Of a stretch of DNA of 64,000 nucleotides, positions 46,730 through 56,626 are shown one piece after another. A program made the translations under genes and the position numbers. The stretch lies in contig CAVSGI010000017.1 in NCBI GenBank assembly GCA_963727445.1, forward strand, positions 128,001 through 192,000, given 5' to 3'. The notes under the pieces are model-generated. The model was not told the DNA's origin and did no database searches. It saw nothing but the letters and a program-made list of their open reading frames with translations. The DNA comes from an uncultured delta proteobacterium. GTDB lineage: Bacteria > Myxococcota_A > Polyangia > Polyangiales > B10-G4. Within the stretch, counting starts at the first letter, position 1. Each line of letters opens with the position of its first letter.

Positions 46730-47585
46730 TCAGAGGTCGCGTTCACCCGCGAAGAAGGTCAGAACGCGCCGGGTCTTGGTGGTCTGCGCGTCGTCGAGGC
46801 TCACGCCGAGCCCATCGACGTAGTCGAGGAGCGCTTCCATCGCGGCTTCGCTGCCCTCGAGGTCGACCTTGATGGAGAGCTCCATCAGGATGCCGCCATC
46901 CGGCATCTGCCAGAGCTCTACCGTGAGCTTGTCGTCGTCGAGGTCGGCGACGCGGAACTTCCAGCGCTGAGTGTCCACCGGCCCGAGGACCACCAGGTCG
47001 TCCCAGTCGAAGCCGTCGGGCGCGAAGCGCGCGACCAGGTCCTCCTGCTCACGGGAGAAGAGCTTGTCGACGTCGCGCTCGCCGTCGGCGACGTCGTCGA
47101 ATCTCCCCCGTGTCCTGCCCGGCCTTGAGCGAGCAGGAGCTGACCTCCCGACTCGGCGTGCGGTCAATCTCGCATTTGAACTCGTCTTCTTCGAAGTACT
47201 CGGGGATGAGCGCCCAAGCCTCTTCGGAGGTCATCGGCCGCATCTTCACGCTCGAGTCGTCGTCGTCATCCACGACCTTGCGGGCACGGAGCACGAGACC
47301 CGCCTCGAAGAGCGCCAGGTCCGCGGTGTCGTAGTAAGTCACGTAGCGCCGCTCGGCATCGTCCTCGTCCAGACCCAACGCCGCGATCGCCGCCTCGATG
47401 TCTTCCGGATGGATGGTGACCTTCAGCTCGACCCCGGGCGGGGGGGCCTCGCTCCCGACCTCGTCGGCGATGGTGTCCGCCTTGCCGTCGAGCCCCGTCG
47501 GGCTGCCGGTGCGCGGATCGGCGCTCATGGCGCAGCCGCTCAGCAGGGCGAAGATCAGAGCGAGGATGGTCGTCCGGCGCTTCAT
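46730..47585 (-). CDS. CYTH-like domain lipoprotein, +1 frameshift at ~47101
   Basis: Lipobox LSGC, DGKAD, VELKVT, YYDT.DL.L...GLVLRAR, VKMRP; second frame continues LGP, VELW, MELSIK, QTTKT. Confidence 0.7.
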
Positions 47586-47682
47586 GCCCCCGAGCGAGCA
47601 AGCATCGGACCACCATCATCGGCTGAAGATCGCTGAGGTTCTCCAGCAGAAAGTGGCCACGGAAGAAGCCACCGCGGGCCGT

Positions 47683-49035
47683 TCAGGTCAGGCCGCTGAC
47701 GGTCCCCGTGCAGTAGTCGGGGTTGCCGAAGGTCGTATCCGGCATGCCCATCCCCTGCATCAGATCGACGAACATGTTGCCGTGGGGCGCGTCCACGGTC
47801 ACGTAGCGCCCGGTCCGGAAGTAGCCCCCGAGGCTGCCCGCGATGATGTACGGCATCCGGTTCCAGCTGTGATGATTGTCGATGCCCTGCTCCTGCTCGT
47901 TCACCCACACCAGGGCGGTGTTGTCGAGGAGCGTGGTGCCGTCACCTTCGGTGATGGAGTCGAGGGCGCCCACGAGATACGCGAACTGCTCCGCGTACCA
48001 GGTGTCGATCTCGGAGGCGACCTGGCGCCAGGTCTTGCTCGCATCCCAATCGGAGGGCTGGCTCCCGGTCTCGTGGGAGATGCCGTGATGGCCGGCGCCG
48101 TGCCCGAGCCAGCTCATGCGCACCCCCGACTGCCCCGTCGACCACTGGATCGAGGCCACGCGCGTCAGGTCGCACTTCAGCGACTGAACGATCATGTCCA
48201 TCTGCAGCCGGCCGAGCATCTGGTACTCGGTGCTGTCGCCGCGCGTAGGCGGGTCGCAGACGGCGCCCGCCAGATCCGCGAGCTGCCCCTGGAGCTCGTC
48301 GATCGAGGCGATGTGCGCGTCGACGCGCCGCCGATCGTCGGCGCCGAGCTGCGCGCGGAGCCGCCCGAGATCGTCGGTCACCGATCCGAGCACCAGCTCG
48401 CGCCGTCGCTTGCGCGCGTCCGCCGCCTCCCGCCCACCGGCGAGGGGGGCGAAGATGCGGTCGAAGGCGTTGCCCGCGTCGTTCATCGGGATCACCGGCT
48501 CACCGGCGGCGCGATAGGAGATGCGGCTCGGCAGCGCCTGCCCGATCCCCTCCGCCTTCACCCCGAACTCGAGGCTGCGGTAGGGCGTGTCGCCGTCGAC
48601 ATAGTCGGCGATCACCTGATCGATCGAGGGCCCGCTCGAGGTGCCGTCCCACAGGTGACCGAACTCGCCGAAGCCCATGGGCCCGGCGACTGGAGGTCGC
48701 GCCGTCATGCAGTGGACGGTGCCCTTGTCATGTCCGTTGCGCGCGAAGCTGTCCTCGAGGGCGGTGGTCATCGACACGCCGTCGGGGATCAGGATCTTGT
48801 CGCGGTAGGGCTCGAGGGGCCGCATTGCCTGGTTCAGGACGAAGTCGGTCTCACCGCCGGTGGGCCACCAGGTGGTGGGCGCCGGACCGCAGGAGGAGAA
48901 GAAGAAAATGACGCGGCGCGGGACCGTCTGCGCGACGGTGCGGCCGCTGCCGAGCATCGCTTCGAGGAACGGAAGCGAGATGGCGACGCCGCCGGCGCCG
49001 AGGAGCATCTTGCGTCGGGAGAGCTTCTTCTTCAT
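47683..49035 (-). CDS. DUF1552 domain protein (Tat substrate)
   Basis: LSRRKMLLGAGGVAISLPFLEAM, SIDQVIA, CDLTRV, HHGISH, EGDGTTLLDNT. Confidence 0.9.
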   Translation of the reverse strand: MKKKLSRRKMLLGAGGVAISLPFLEAMLGSGRTVAQTVPRRVIFFFSSCGPAPTTWWPTGGETDFVLNQAMRPLEPYRDKILIPDGVSMTTALEDSFARNGHDKGTVHCMTARPPVAGPMGFGEFGHLWDGTSSGPSIDQVIADYVDGDTPYRSLEFGVKAEGIGQALPSRISYRAAGEPVIPMNDAGNAFDRIFAPLAGGREAADARKRRRELVLGSVTDDLGRLRAQLGADDRRRVDAHIASIDELQGQLADLAGAVCDPPTRGDSTEYQMLGRLQMDMIVQSLKCDLTRVASIQWSTGQSGVRMSWLGHGAGHHGISHETGSQPSDWDASKTWRQVASEIDTWYAEQFAYLVGALDSITEGDGTTLLDNTALVWVNEQEQGIDNHHSWNRMPYIIAGSLGGYFRTGRYVTVDAPHGNMFVDLMQGMGMPDTTFGNPDYCTGTVSGLT

Positions 49036-50714
49036 GGCGAGGTCTCCATGACGGGGGCCACCGTGTCCTGATCGGCCACGCGGTAGAGGAAGGTCTCCGA
49101 GAGCGCGAGCCCGACCAACAGCTCGCGCACGTCGAAGTCGGCGCCGCGGAACTTACCGAGCAGGTCGTCGAGCGCGCAGGCGTCCTGCGCTTCGTCGCCG
49201 CGCCCGAAGGCCTGGGGAAACCAGCGCTCGGCGAAGCAGGTCTGGGTCTGCTGGCTCTCGATGAGCATGTGCGCCAGGTCGACGCCGTTTTCGAAGGCGC
49301 CGTCGTTGTCCGAGTCGGTGAGCTCGCCGGAGGCGTCGATGGGGATGTCGTTCTCGGTGGCGCGGAAGCGCCCCGCCGCGTCGAAGTTCTCGAAGGCGAA
49401 GCCCAGCGGGTCGAGCTGGCGGTGACAGGACGCGCAGTAGGGATCGGAGCGGTGCGCCGCGAAACGCTCGCGGGTGGTCGCGTCGGGGTCGGGGTCGGGC
49501 AGCGTGATGTCGAGGCCCGAGGGGACGTCGGGGATGACGCCGCACATCACGTTGCCGCGGATGAACATGCCGCGGTGAACCGGGGAGGTCTCGTAGGTCC
49601 GGGCGCGGGTGGCCAGGACGCCGCCCTGGGTCAACACCCCCGAGTGGTATTGCGCGTCGAGCTCGACGCGCTCGAAGCTGTCGCCGGCCGGGCCGCTGAC
49701 GCCGTAGTACGCGGCGAGGTCGGCGTTCATCATCGACCAGGGCGCCGTCATCAGCGTGATCCAGCTCCCGTCGCCCCGGAACACGACCTCCTCGACGAAG
49801 GCCTCGGTCTCCTGGCGGAAGAGATCGGGCGTGCCTTCGTTCCACTGGGGGAAGAGGGTCACATCCTTGTCGACGGTGTCGAGCTTGTCGAGCTCGAGGA
49901 AGCGCTGGAAGAAATGCTGCACCGTGGCGTGCGCCTGCGGATCGTCGAGCATGCGCCGCACGTGCGCTTCGACGCCGGCGTCGGTGTCGAGCTCCCCCGC
50001 CTCGGCGGCCGCGAAGAGCGCGTCGTCCGGCATGGTCTGCCAGAGAAAATAACTGAGGCGCGTGGCGAGCTGATAGCCGGTGAGACGGACGACCGCCTCG
50101 CCGCCGGTGGGCACGATCTCGACGCGATAGAGGAAGCTCGGCGATTGGAGCATGGCCTCGAGGACCATCTGGACGCCGACCTCCACGCCCCCATCGTCCC
50201 GGCCCGCTTCGTAGAGCGCATAGAGTCGATCCACCTCGCCGTCCTCGGCCGGCCGCCGATACGCGAGAGGCACCGTGCGCTCGATGAAGTCCAGGGCGCA
50301 GTCGTCGTCCCCCAGGGCCGCGCGATCGCAGCCGAGGGTCTCGTCGAAGACCGCGGCGTCGACCAGGCGCGCGGCGACGTCCTCGGCGGCGTACATGTAC
50401 TGCTCGGCGAGGAGCGGCGTCACGAGGCGCGCATCGGCGCTGAGGACGCCGCGCTCGTTGTCGACCAGGCGCGCCGCCGGCTCGCTGGTGTCGCCGAAGA
50501 GATCCCTCAGGGTGTTGTCGTATTCGGTGACGGTCAGGCGCCGGAGCGGCGCCCGGCCGGGGAAGAGAGCGTCGCCCTCGCAGACGACCGGGGTGGGCCC
50601 GGTGGGATCAGGGCCCGGACCACCGCCGGGGGAGATCCCCGGGTCCGAGATGAGTCCCTGGCAGCCCGAAAGGACCGCCAAAAGGAGCCAGGACAGCTTG
50701 CTCCGCCCGCTCAA
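49032..50714 (-). CDS. DUF1592/DUF1588/DUF1595/DUF1587/DUF1585 multi-domain lipoprotein with heme-type CxxCH
   Basis: RRLT..EYDNT.RDL, LQSPSFLYR, LATRLSYFLW..MPD, TSPVHRG, CASCH..LDPLGFAFENFD; TTG start after GGAGG. Confidence 0.9.
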   Translation of the reverse strand: MSGRSKLSWLLLAVLSGCQGLISDPGISPGGGPGPDPTGPTPVVCEGDALFPGRAPLRRLTVTEYDNTLRDLFGDTSEPAARLVDNERGVLSADARLVTPLLAEQYMYAAEDVAARLVDAAVFDETLGCDRAALGDDDCALDFIERTVPLAYRRPAEDGEVDRLYALYEAGRDDGGVEVGVQMVLEAMLQSPSFLYRVEIVPTGGEAVVRLTGYQLATRLSYFLWQTMPDDALFAAAEAGELDTDAGVEAHVRRMLDDPQAHATVQHFFQRFLELDKLDTVDKDVTLFPQWNEGTPDLFRQETEAFVEEVVFRGDGSWITLMTAPWSMMNADLAAYYGVSGPAGDSFERVELDAQYHSGVLTQGGVLATRARTYETSPVHRGMFIRGNVMCGVIPDVPSGLDITLPDPDPDATTRERFAAHRSDPYCASCHRQLDPLGFAFENFDAAGRFRATENDIPIDASGELTDSDNDGAFENGVDLAHMLIESQQTQTCFAERWFPQAFGRGDEAQDACALDDLLGKFRGADFDVRELLVGLALSETFLYRVADQDTVAPVMETSP

Positions 50715-50810
50715 ATTTTCCTCCCGCCGCACCGAGTGTTCGAAGGTCATCTTAGCACGCGAGACTCCCATGAGCGTCCGCGCTAAGGACTGCTAAGGTA
50801 GGGCCCGCCG

Positions 50811-51482
50811 ATGGGGAAAGAAGCCAAACATATCTGGGTGGTAGAGGATGATCCGGGCATCGCCAGCCAGCTGGTCCGGGGCCTTCGCAGGGCTGGTTTG
50901 ATGGTCTCCCTCTCCACCCAGGACCTCGACGTCCGGGAGTGTCTGAGGGCCGAGCCGGACCTGGTGATCCTCGACCTGATGCTCCCCGACAGGAGCGGCT
51001 TCGAGATCCTCGCCGAAATCCGCGAGCGCTCCTCACTGCCGGTGATCGTGGTGACCGCGCGGGGCAATCTCGAGGACCGCCTCAAGGCCTTCGACCTCGG
51101 CGCTCAGGACTACGTCACCAAGCCCTTCTTCGTCGAAGAGGTGCTGGCGCGGGTGCGGGTGCGCATCGGCGGCGAGACCGAGCGCGACATCATCGAGTTC
51201 GGCGGCGTGCGCATGGACCGGACCGCTCGCGAGCTCACCAAAGACGGCGAGAGCCTCGCGCTCACCCCCTACGAGTACGAGCTCCTCGAGTACCTCGTGG
51301 AACGCGCCGGACGCGCCATCTCCCGCGACGTGCTGTCCAAACAGTTGGTCCGCGGCAACCCCAACGCCAACGCCCGCAGCGTCGACAGCCACGTCGCCAA
51401 GCTGCGCAAGAAGCTGGGCGACGAGGCCTCGGAGCACATCCGCACCATTCGCGGGCTGGGCTACCGCTTCGACCCAGAATGA
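50811..51482 (+). CDS. OmpR-family response regulator
   Basis: VVEDD, ILDLMLP, VTAR, DYVTKPF, VDSHVAKLRKKL, TIRGLGY. Confidence 0.95.
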   Translation: MGKEAKHIWVVEDDPGIASQLVRGLRRAGLMVSLSTQDLDVRECLRAEPDLVILDLMLPDRSGFEILAEIRERSSLPVIVVTARGNLEDRLKAFDLGAQDYVTKPFFVEEVLARVRVRIGGETERDIIEFGGVRMDRTARELTKDGESLALTPYEYELLEYLVERAGRAISRDVLSKQLVRGNPNANARSVDSHVAKLRKKLGDEASEHIRTIRGLGYRFDPE

Positions 51483-52531
51483 GCCGGATGCAGATCGGCC
51501 GCTCGATATCGGTTCGCATCCTGATCGTCACCAGCGCCTGCGTGCTCTTCAGCGCGGTGCTCCTGAAGATCAGCGGCGCCGACCCCTTCGAGAGCGTGAC
51601 CGGCGGGGGTCTTCTCGTCCTGTTGCTCCTGACCACCATGGTCCTGAGCCACGTGGCGATCATCCAGCCGCTGAACCGTCGCTTCGAGAAGCTCACCAAG
51701 CTCGCCGGCAGCGTCGGAAAGGCGGAGGAGACGGTGGAGCCCGAGGTGACCCACGACGAGATCGGCCAGGTCTCGCGGGCCCTGGCTGGCGCGCACCGGC
51801 GCATGCTCGATCACGAGCGCTTGCTCAGCGCGCAGTACCAGGCGCTCCGCATGAAGCAGATCAACGTGGCCCACGATCTGCGGACGCCGCTCACCTCGCT
51901 CCTGATGTCGCTCGAGAACGCCCGCGACGCCGCGATGAGCGCGAACGAGGATCCCGCGCCATCGATCCGCGACGCCATGGCCGAAGCGCTCTACATGACG
52001 TCCCTGGTGCAGAACCTCCGAATCGCCAGCCGCATGGACGCGGGCTTCGCGAGCCTCGGCGCCCGCGCGCCCCTCGATCTGACGTCGCTGGTGCAGCGGG
52101 TGGCGAACCGCTTCCGCCTCCTCGCCAAGGGCGGCGGCACGGAGATCCACGTCGCCTATCCCGATGAGCCGGTCATGGCCCTCGGCGACGACACGATGAT
52201 CGAGCAGCTGGTCACCAACCTGGTGCAGAACTCCCTGACCTATGGAGGCGGCATCGATCAGCAGATCATCATCAACCTCGACGCCGAGGACGGCCGCTTC
52301 ACCCTCGACGTCCTCGACGAGGGCCCGGGGATCAGCCCCGACGCCCTCGAGCTCATCACCGAGCGCTGGGTGCGCGGCGCCGCCGGCAAGGGACGCAGCA
52401 AGTCGGGACAGGGCCTCGGCCTGGCGATCGTGAGCGAGGTCGCCGCGGTCCACGACTGGACGCTGAAGCTCGAAAATCGCGAGGAGCGGGGCCTGAGGGC
52501 GCGCGTCGAAGGCGCCACCACCGCGAGCTGA
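51479..52531 (+). CDS. Sensor histidine kinase (2 TM, HAMP)
   Basis: AHDLRTPL, NLVQNS, DEGPGI, GQGLGL; ATGA overlap with the response regulator. Confidence 0.92.
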   Translation: MSRMQIGRSISVRILIVTSACVLFSAVLLKISGADPFESVTGGGLLVLLLLTTMVLSHVAIIQPLNRRFEKLTKLAGSVGKAEETVEPEVTHDEIGQVSRALAGAHRRMLDHERLLSAQYQALRMKQINVAHDLRTPLTSLLMSLENARDAAMSANEDPAPSIRDAMAEALYMTSLVQNLRIASRMDAGFASLGARAPLDLTSLVQRVANRFRLLAKGGGTEIHVAYPDEPVMALGDDTMIEQLVTNLVQNSLTYGGGIDQQIIINLDAEDGRFTLDVLDEGPGISPDALELITERWVRGAAGKGRSKSGQGLGLAIVSEVAAVHDWTLKLENREERGLRARVEGATTAS

Positions 52532-52534
52532 CGC

Positions 52535-53125
52535 TCAACTCGAGCCGTGCGCGTCGACCACGGCCTTCATCGCCGCGAAGCCTTCCTCGATCTTGGCGAA
52601 GAAAGAGCTCCGGTGCGCGACCACGGTCAGGTTCGGATGCTTCGACCACAGCGCGAGGAGCGCGCGGTCGATCCGGCTCGCCTCGACGTCGTCCTCGATG
52701 CGGGTGGGGTTGTTGCCCTCGATGCTCATCCCGCCGACCGCCGCGCTCTCGAAGAAGATGACGGCGTCGTAGCGAGCGAGCTCGGCCTCGAGGGTCGTGC
52801 CCATGGCCTCGAAGAAGTCGCCGTCCACGGGCCAGTAGGCGGCGCCATCGACCGTACCGCGATCACAGAGGAGGACCCGCTGTGGATGGAGGCTCGCGTG
52901 CAGGTCCTCCATGTTCTGCTGGACGTGGAAGATCGCCCGCTGCGCATGGCGACGGGCGTCGGTGGCCGTGGTGCGAGGAAAGCCGCCGCTGAAGAGCATG
53001 GTCGCCGCCTCGGGGACCGCGGCCACACGGTCCCCCAGCTCGCGTCGGAAGAGGTCGAGGGCGGTGCTCTTGCCACCACCGGGCCCCCCGGTGATGGCAA
53101 TACGGCATCGCGTGTGCGTGCTCAT
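52535..53125 (-). CDS. AAA_28/NadR-like P-loop NTPase
   Basis: ITGGPGGGKST, VPEAAT, LCDRG. Confidence 0.85.
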   Translation of the reverse strand: MSTHTRCRIAITGGPGGGKSTALDLFRRELGDRVAAVPEAATMLFSGGFPRTTATDARRHAQRAIFHVQQNMEDLHASLHPQRVLLCDRGTVDGAAYWPVDGDFFEAMGTTLEAELARYDAVIFFESAAVGGMSIEGNNPTRIEDDVEASRIDRALLALWSKHPNLTVVAHRSSFFAKIEEGFAAMKAVVDAHGSS

Positions 53126-53140
53126 GGCCGGGCGCGTGGC

Positions 53141-54970
53141 TCAGCGCCGGCGGCGCCGCACGAGGGCGAGGCCGATCAGGATGCCGAAGAGCACCGTGGG
53201 GGGCGCGGTCTCGGAGCGGGACACCGAGCAGCCACCGCCGGGCTCGACGGGGGGCGGCGGTGGCGGTGTGCACATGGCCACGGTGCCGTCGTCGGAGAGC
53301 ACACACTCGAAGGCGCCTGAGCACGGAGCGTCGGAGCTGCACTCCTGGGTGCATACCCCACCGGTGCTGCAGATGCCGGAGATGCAATCGTCATCCACGG
53401 TGCAGGCGTCACCCACGACGCCGTTGGCCGGCGCGCAGATGCTGGAGTCGCCCACGGCCGTGCAGTCGAAGCCTTCGGGGCAGGGGTTTTCGTCGCTGCA
53501 GAACGTGGTGCACCAGCTGACGCCGGTGCGCGTCGCGCAGAACGTGTCGTCCATGCAGTCGCCGTTTTCGATGCAACCGCCGCCGATGCTGGCGAGGGCG
53601 CCGCGGACGCAGAGCCCGTCGCGACAATGGAAGCGATCGCCCCTGCCGCAATCGGAGTCGGTGGTGCACGCATGCGAGCAGTAGGAGAGCCCGGCCTCGC
53701 TCAGACATTCGCCCGAGGCGCACGCGTCGCTACCGTCGCAGGGCTCGCCGAGCCCGCGCGCGCCCACGACGATGTGTTCGTCGACGCAGCCGCCGCATGC
53801 GCCCATCGCCGCCGCGCAGACCTCGCCGCCGAGGCACATGCCGTCGCCACCGCGGCAGGGCGTGAGGCAACGCTGGCGGCCGTCGCCGGGGTCTGCGCAG
53901 AAGAGGCTCGCGCACTCGAGGTCATCGGTGCAGGGCGCGTCGACGCCGAGAGGCTCCGGCCGTGCGTCGGGCAGGGGCACGCAGAGGCCTTCGCATCCGC
54001 TGGTCCGCGCGCAGTACAGACCGGTCGCGCAGCTGAGCTCCGGGCGGAGTGGATCGCACTCGGTGGTGCAGCGGCGCCCGGCAGGGGTGTCGGCGCAGTT
54101 GTTGCCGAGGCACTCGTCGTCGAGGGCGCACTCGGAGCCGAGGGGAAGGCAGGTCTCGTCGACCTCGCCGTTGCAGTCGTTGTCGTATCCGTCGCAGCGC
54201 TCCTCGCCGTCGTTGAGGCAGGAGCCCGAGTCGCCCACCACCATGTCGATGAGATCGAGGTAGGTGTCGACGCGGTTGGCGCCGGCGAGGCCGCCGGTGC
54301 CGCAGCCGGTGCCGCCGAAGGAGGTGATGGCGACGATCTCGTTCGTCTCGCTGAGGATGATCGGCCCGCCGCTGTCGCCCTGACAGGTGAGGTCGCCGGT
54401 GTAGAGCACGTTGCCGTCGATGTAGCGGATACGGCCGGTGGTGCTGTATTTGGTGCCGGCGTCTGCTCCCGGCGTCCGGCCGAAGCCGATGGCGGTGACG
54501 TCGTCGCCCACGAGCTCGCTCACGTCGCCGCGGTAGACGCCGATGGGATCGATGCCGCTCACCCCGGTGGCGAGGGTGATGAGCGCGACGTCGTTGCCGA
54601 CCAGGCCCCGGAGCCGTGCGTCGTAGGATCCCGGCGTGGTGTGAACCTCGATGGCGTTGAAGCTCTGGCTCACGTGATTGATCGAGTCGCCGATGCCGAT
54701 GGTGAATGCGGCGGCGGGGTCGGGCGACGTGGCGTTCTCCTCCTGCACGCAGTGCTTCGCCGTGAGGATCACGCGGGGGGCGATCAGCGAGCCGCTGCAC
54801 ATCCCGCCGAGGCGGCGGTTGTACAGGACGATGACCGCCGGGTTGTGGTCGAGGACCCCGTCGACGATGGGCTCGGCCCGCGAGCCGACCGAGCCATCAC
54901 CGGTGGGCGCTGTGCAGCTCGCACCCGAGAGAAGAAGAGAAATAGCCCCCAAGAACGAAATCCACCGCAT
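53141..54970 (-). CDS. Trypsin-like S1 serine protease with Cys-rich repeats and MYXO-CTERM-like tail
   Basis: CSGSLIAP.VILTAKHC, DVAL, CQGDSGGP; CDGYDNDCNG.VDE; GGGCSV...TM...RRRR. Confidence 0.92.
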   Translation of the reverse strand: MRWISFLGAISLLLSGASCTAPTGDGSVGSRAEPIVDGVLDHNPAVIVLYNRRLGGMCSGSLIAPRVILTAKHCVQEENATSPDPAAAFTIGIGDSINHVSQSFNAIEVHTTPGSYDARLRGLVGNDVALITLATGVSGIDPIGVYRGDVSELVGDDVTAIGFGRTPGADAGTKYSTTGRIRYIDGNVLYTGDLTCQGDSGGPIILSETNEIVAITSFGGTGCGTGGLAGANRVDTYLDLIDMVVGDSGSCLNDGEERCDGYDNDCNGEVDETCLPLGSECALDDECLGNNCADTPAGRRCTTECDPLRPELSCATGLYCARTSGCEGLCVPLPDARPEPLGVDAPCTDDLECASLFCADPGDGRQRCLTPCRGGDGMCLGGEVCAAAMGACGGCVDEHIVVGARGLGEPCDGSDACASGECLSEAGLSYCSHACTTDSDCGRGDRFHCRDGLCVRGALASIGGGCIENGDCMDDTFCATRTGVSWCTTFCSDENPCPEGFDCTAVGDSSICAPANGVVGDACTVDDDCISGICSTGGVCTQECSSDAPCSGAFECVLSDDGTVAMCTPPPPPPVEPGGGCSVSRSETAPPTVLFGILIGLALVRRRRR

Positions 54971-55148
54971 CACCACCTCCGAGAACCCCACGCACCGGAT
55001 AGAGAGGGCACCCACGAGGGAGCACGTCCACCCACCCTGCTTGCGCTGCGTGGCTTTAGGACACGGCGGAGGAGCGGTAAAGAATGCCCCCCTTCAGGGG
55101 CAATGAGACGGCAACAGATCGCTTCTCGATCCCACGAAGCCGTGGAGA

Positions 55149-56126
55149 TCAGTGTCCGCGGCGCCTGCGCAGAATCAGGACGGAGAATGTGAGAAAAGAC
55201 ACGAGCGCCCGCCACGGCGCGCGCTGCGCAGCGGCCCCGACGGTGCAGGCAACGCAGCCCGATCCATGGGCCACGATGTTTCCGGTGCCGCCGTCGCCCG
55301 CATCGCCCGCGCCGCCATCGGGCGCGGCGGACGCGGCGCATTGGCCCGTGTCGTCGCAATGGCCGCTGAGGCAGCGCCGATCGCGATCGCAGACCGCCCC
55401 CACGCCGCCGGCCATCGAGCACTCGGTGCCGGCGCAGTAGCTGTCGGGCTCGCAGTCCTCGTCGACGGAGCACGTCGCACAGGAGGTGTCATCCTGGCAC
55501 ACGCCGAAATCGCAGGCGACGGTCGCGGGGCCGCAGACGCCCGTCGCGTCGCAGAGCTGATCCGTTCGAACCCCGTCCGCGCAAGAGGCCATGCCGCAAG
55601 AGGCGCCCGCCGGGGCCGCGGACCAGCCGTCAGGCAGGGTGTCGGGCACGCAGAGCTCGCAGGGCACATCGGGGTTGGGCTCGCCGTCGTAGCGGCAGGT
55701 GCCGTCGATCAGGCAGGCGCCGGCGCGGATGGGGTTCTCGCAGACGTCATCGGTGTCGTTGCAGCGATCGATGGTGCACGAAAGTCCGTCGACGCAACCC
55801 CTCCGCGGTCCCGCCATGCAGAGCCCGGCTCCGTCGCAGACGTCTCCGTCGGTGCAGAACGCGCCGTCGGTGCACTCGGTGCCCATGGGGCGAGGCGGAT
55901 GGTCACAGGTGTCTGTGGCCTCGTTGCAGACGTCGTCGGTGCACGCGACTCCGTCGAGACAATCGCGCGGTTGCCCGACGCAGGTGAGGGTCGTGTCGCA
56001 TCGATCCGTGACGGTGCACCACTGCCCGTCGTCGCACGCGTCACCGGCGGCCATGCACTGTGCGCGCGCAACCCCGGCGTTCAGCGCGCTGGCACAAAGC
56101 ACGACGAGCAAGAGTGAAGAGCGCAC
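55149..56126 (-). CDS. Cys-rich repeat surface protein with MYXO-CTERM-like tail
   Basis: C.DG..CT..D.C repeats; GSGC..C.V + TM + RRRR. Confidence 0.8.
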   Translation of the reverse strand: MRSSLLLVVLCASALNAGVARAQCMAAGDACDDGQWCTVTDRCDTTLTCVGQPRDCLDGVACTDDVCNEATDTCDHPPRPMGTECTDGAFCTDGDVCDGAGLCMAGPRRGCVDGLSCTIDRCNDTDDVCENPIRAGACLIDGTCRYDGEPNPDVPCELCVPDTLPDGWSAAPAGASCGMASCADGVRTDQLCDATGVCGPATVACDFGVCQDDTSCATCSVDEDCEPDSYCAGTECSMAGGVGAVCDRDRRCLSGHCDDTGQCAASAAPDGGAGDAGDGGTGNIVAHGSGCVACTVGAAAQRAPWRALVSFLTFSVLILRRRRGH

Positions 56127-56174
56127 CGAACGATGGTGGCGCGCGAGGCTGTCACCGAGCAAGTTGCGCCACGC

Positions 56175-56555
56175 TCACCGGCAGGTCAGGAGCTCGCAGT
56201 CCCAGACCTGACCGTCGGAGCACACGGGCGTGCAATCCACCTCGCCGCAGGAACCGCAGGTCATGCAGCAAACCGCGCCGGGGGTATCGAGGCAGGAAGG
56301 CTCGCACTGACCCGGCGCCGTGGTCGACCCGTCCCCGGTCGTCGAGCCATCGGTGGAGACCGAGGTGTCGGCGACGGCGCCATCGCCCACGGCGGTATCG
56401 CCGACACCACCATCGAAAGATCCGTCGGCGGAGCCGTCGATCGTGACGGAAGAATCCCCGCCCGACGACCGCGGCCCCCGGTATCCATTGCCACAGCCGA
56501 ACAGCAGGAAAGCGACCGCGAGGACGAGGCCACCTTTGAGCGCAGTAGAAGTCAT
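56175..56555 (-). CDS. Small Cys-rich lipoprotein
   Basis: Lipobox LFGC, D/G/S/T linker, 10-Cys C-terminal domain. Confidence 0.72.
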   Translation of the reverse strand: MTSTALKGGLVLAVAFLLFGCGNGYRGPRSSGGDSSVTIDGSADGSFDGGVGDTAVGDGAVADTSVSTDGSTTGDGSTTAPGQCEPSCLDTPGAVCCMTCGSCGEVDCTPVCSDGQVWDCELLTCR

Positions 56556-56626
56556 GTCAGCTCCAGAAGGTTCGCGAGGTGCTACGCCACCCTAGCACGC
56601 CACCTTCCTTCGCGACCCGGCTCGCT

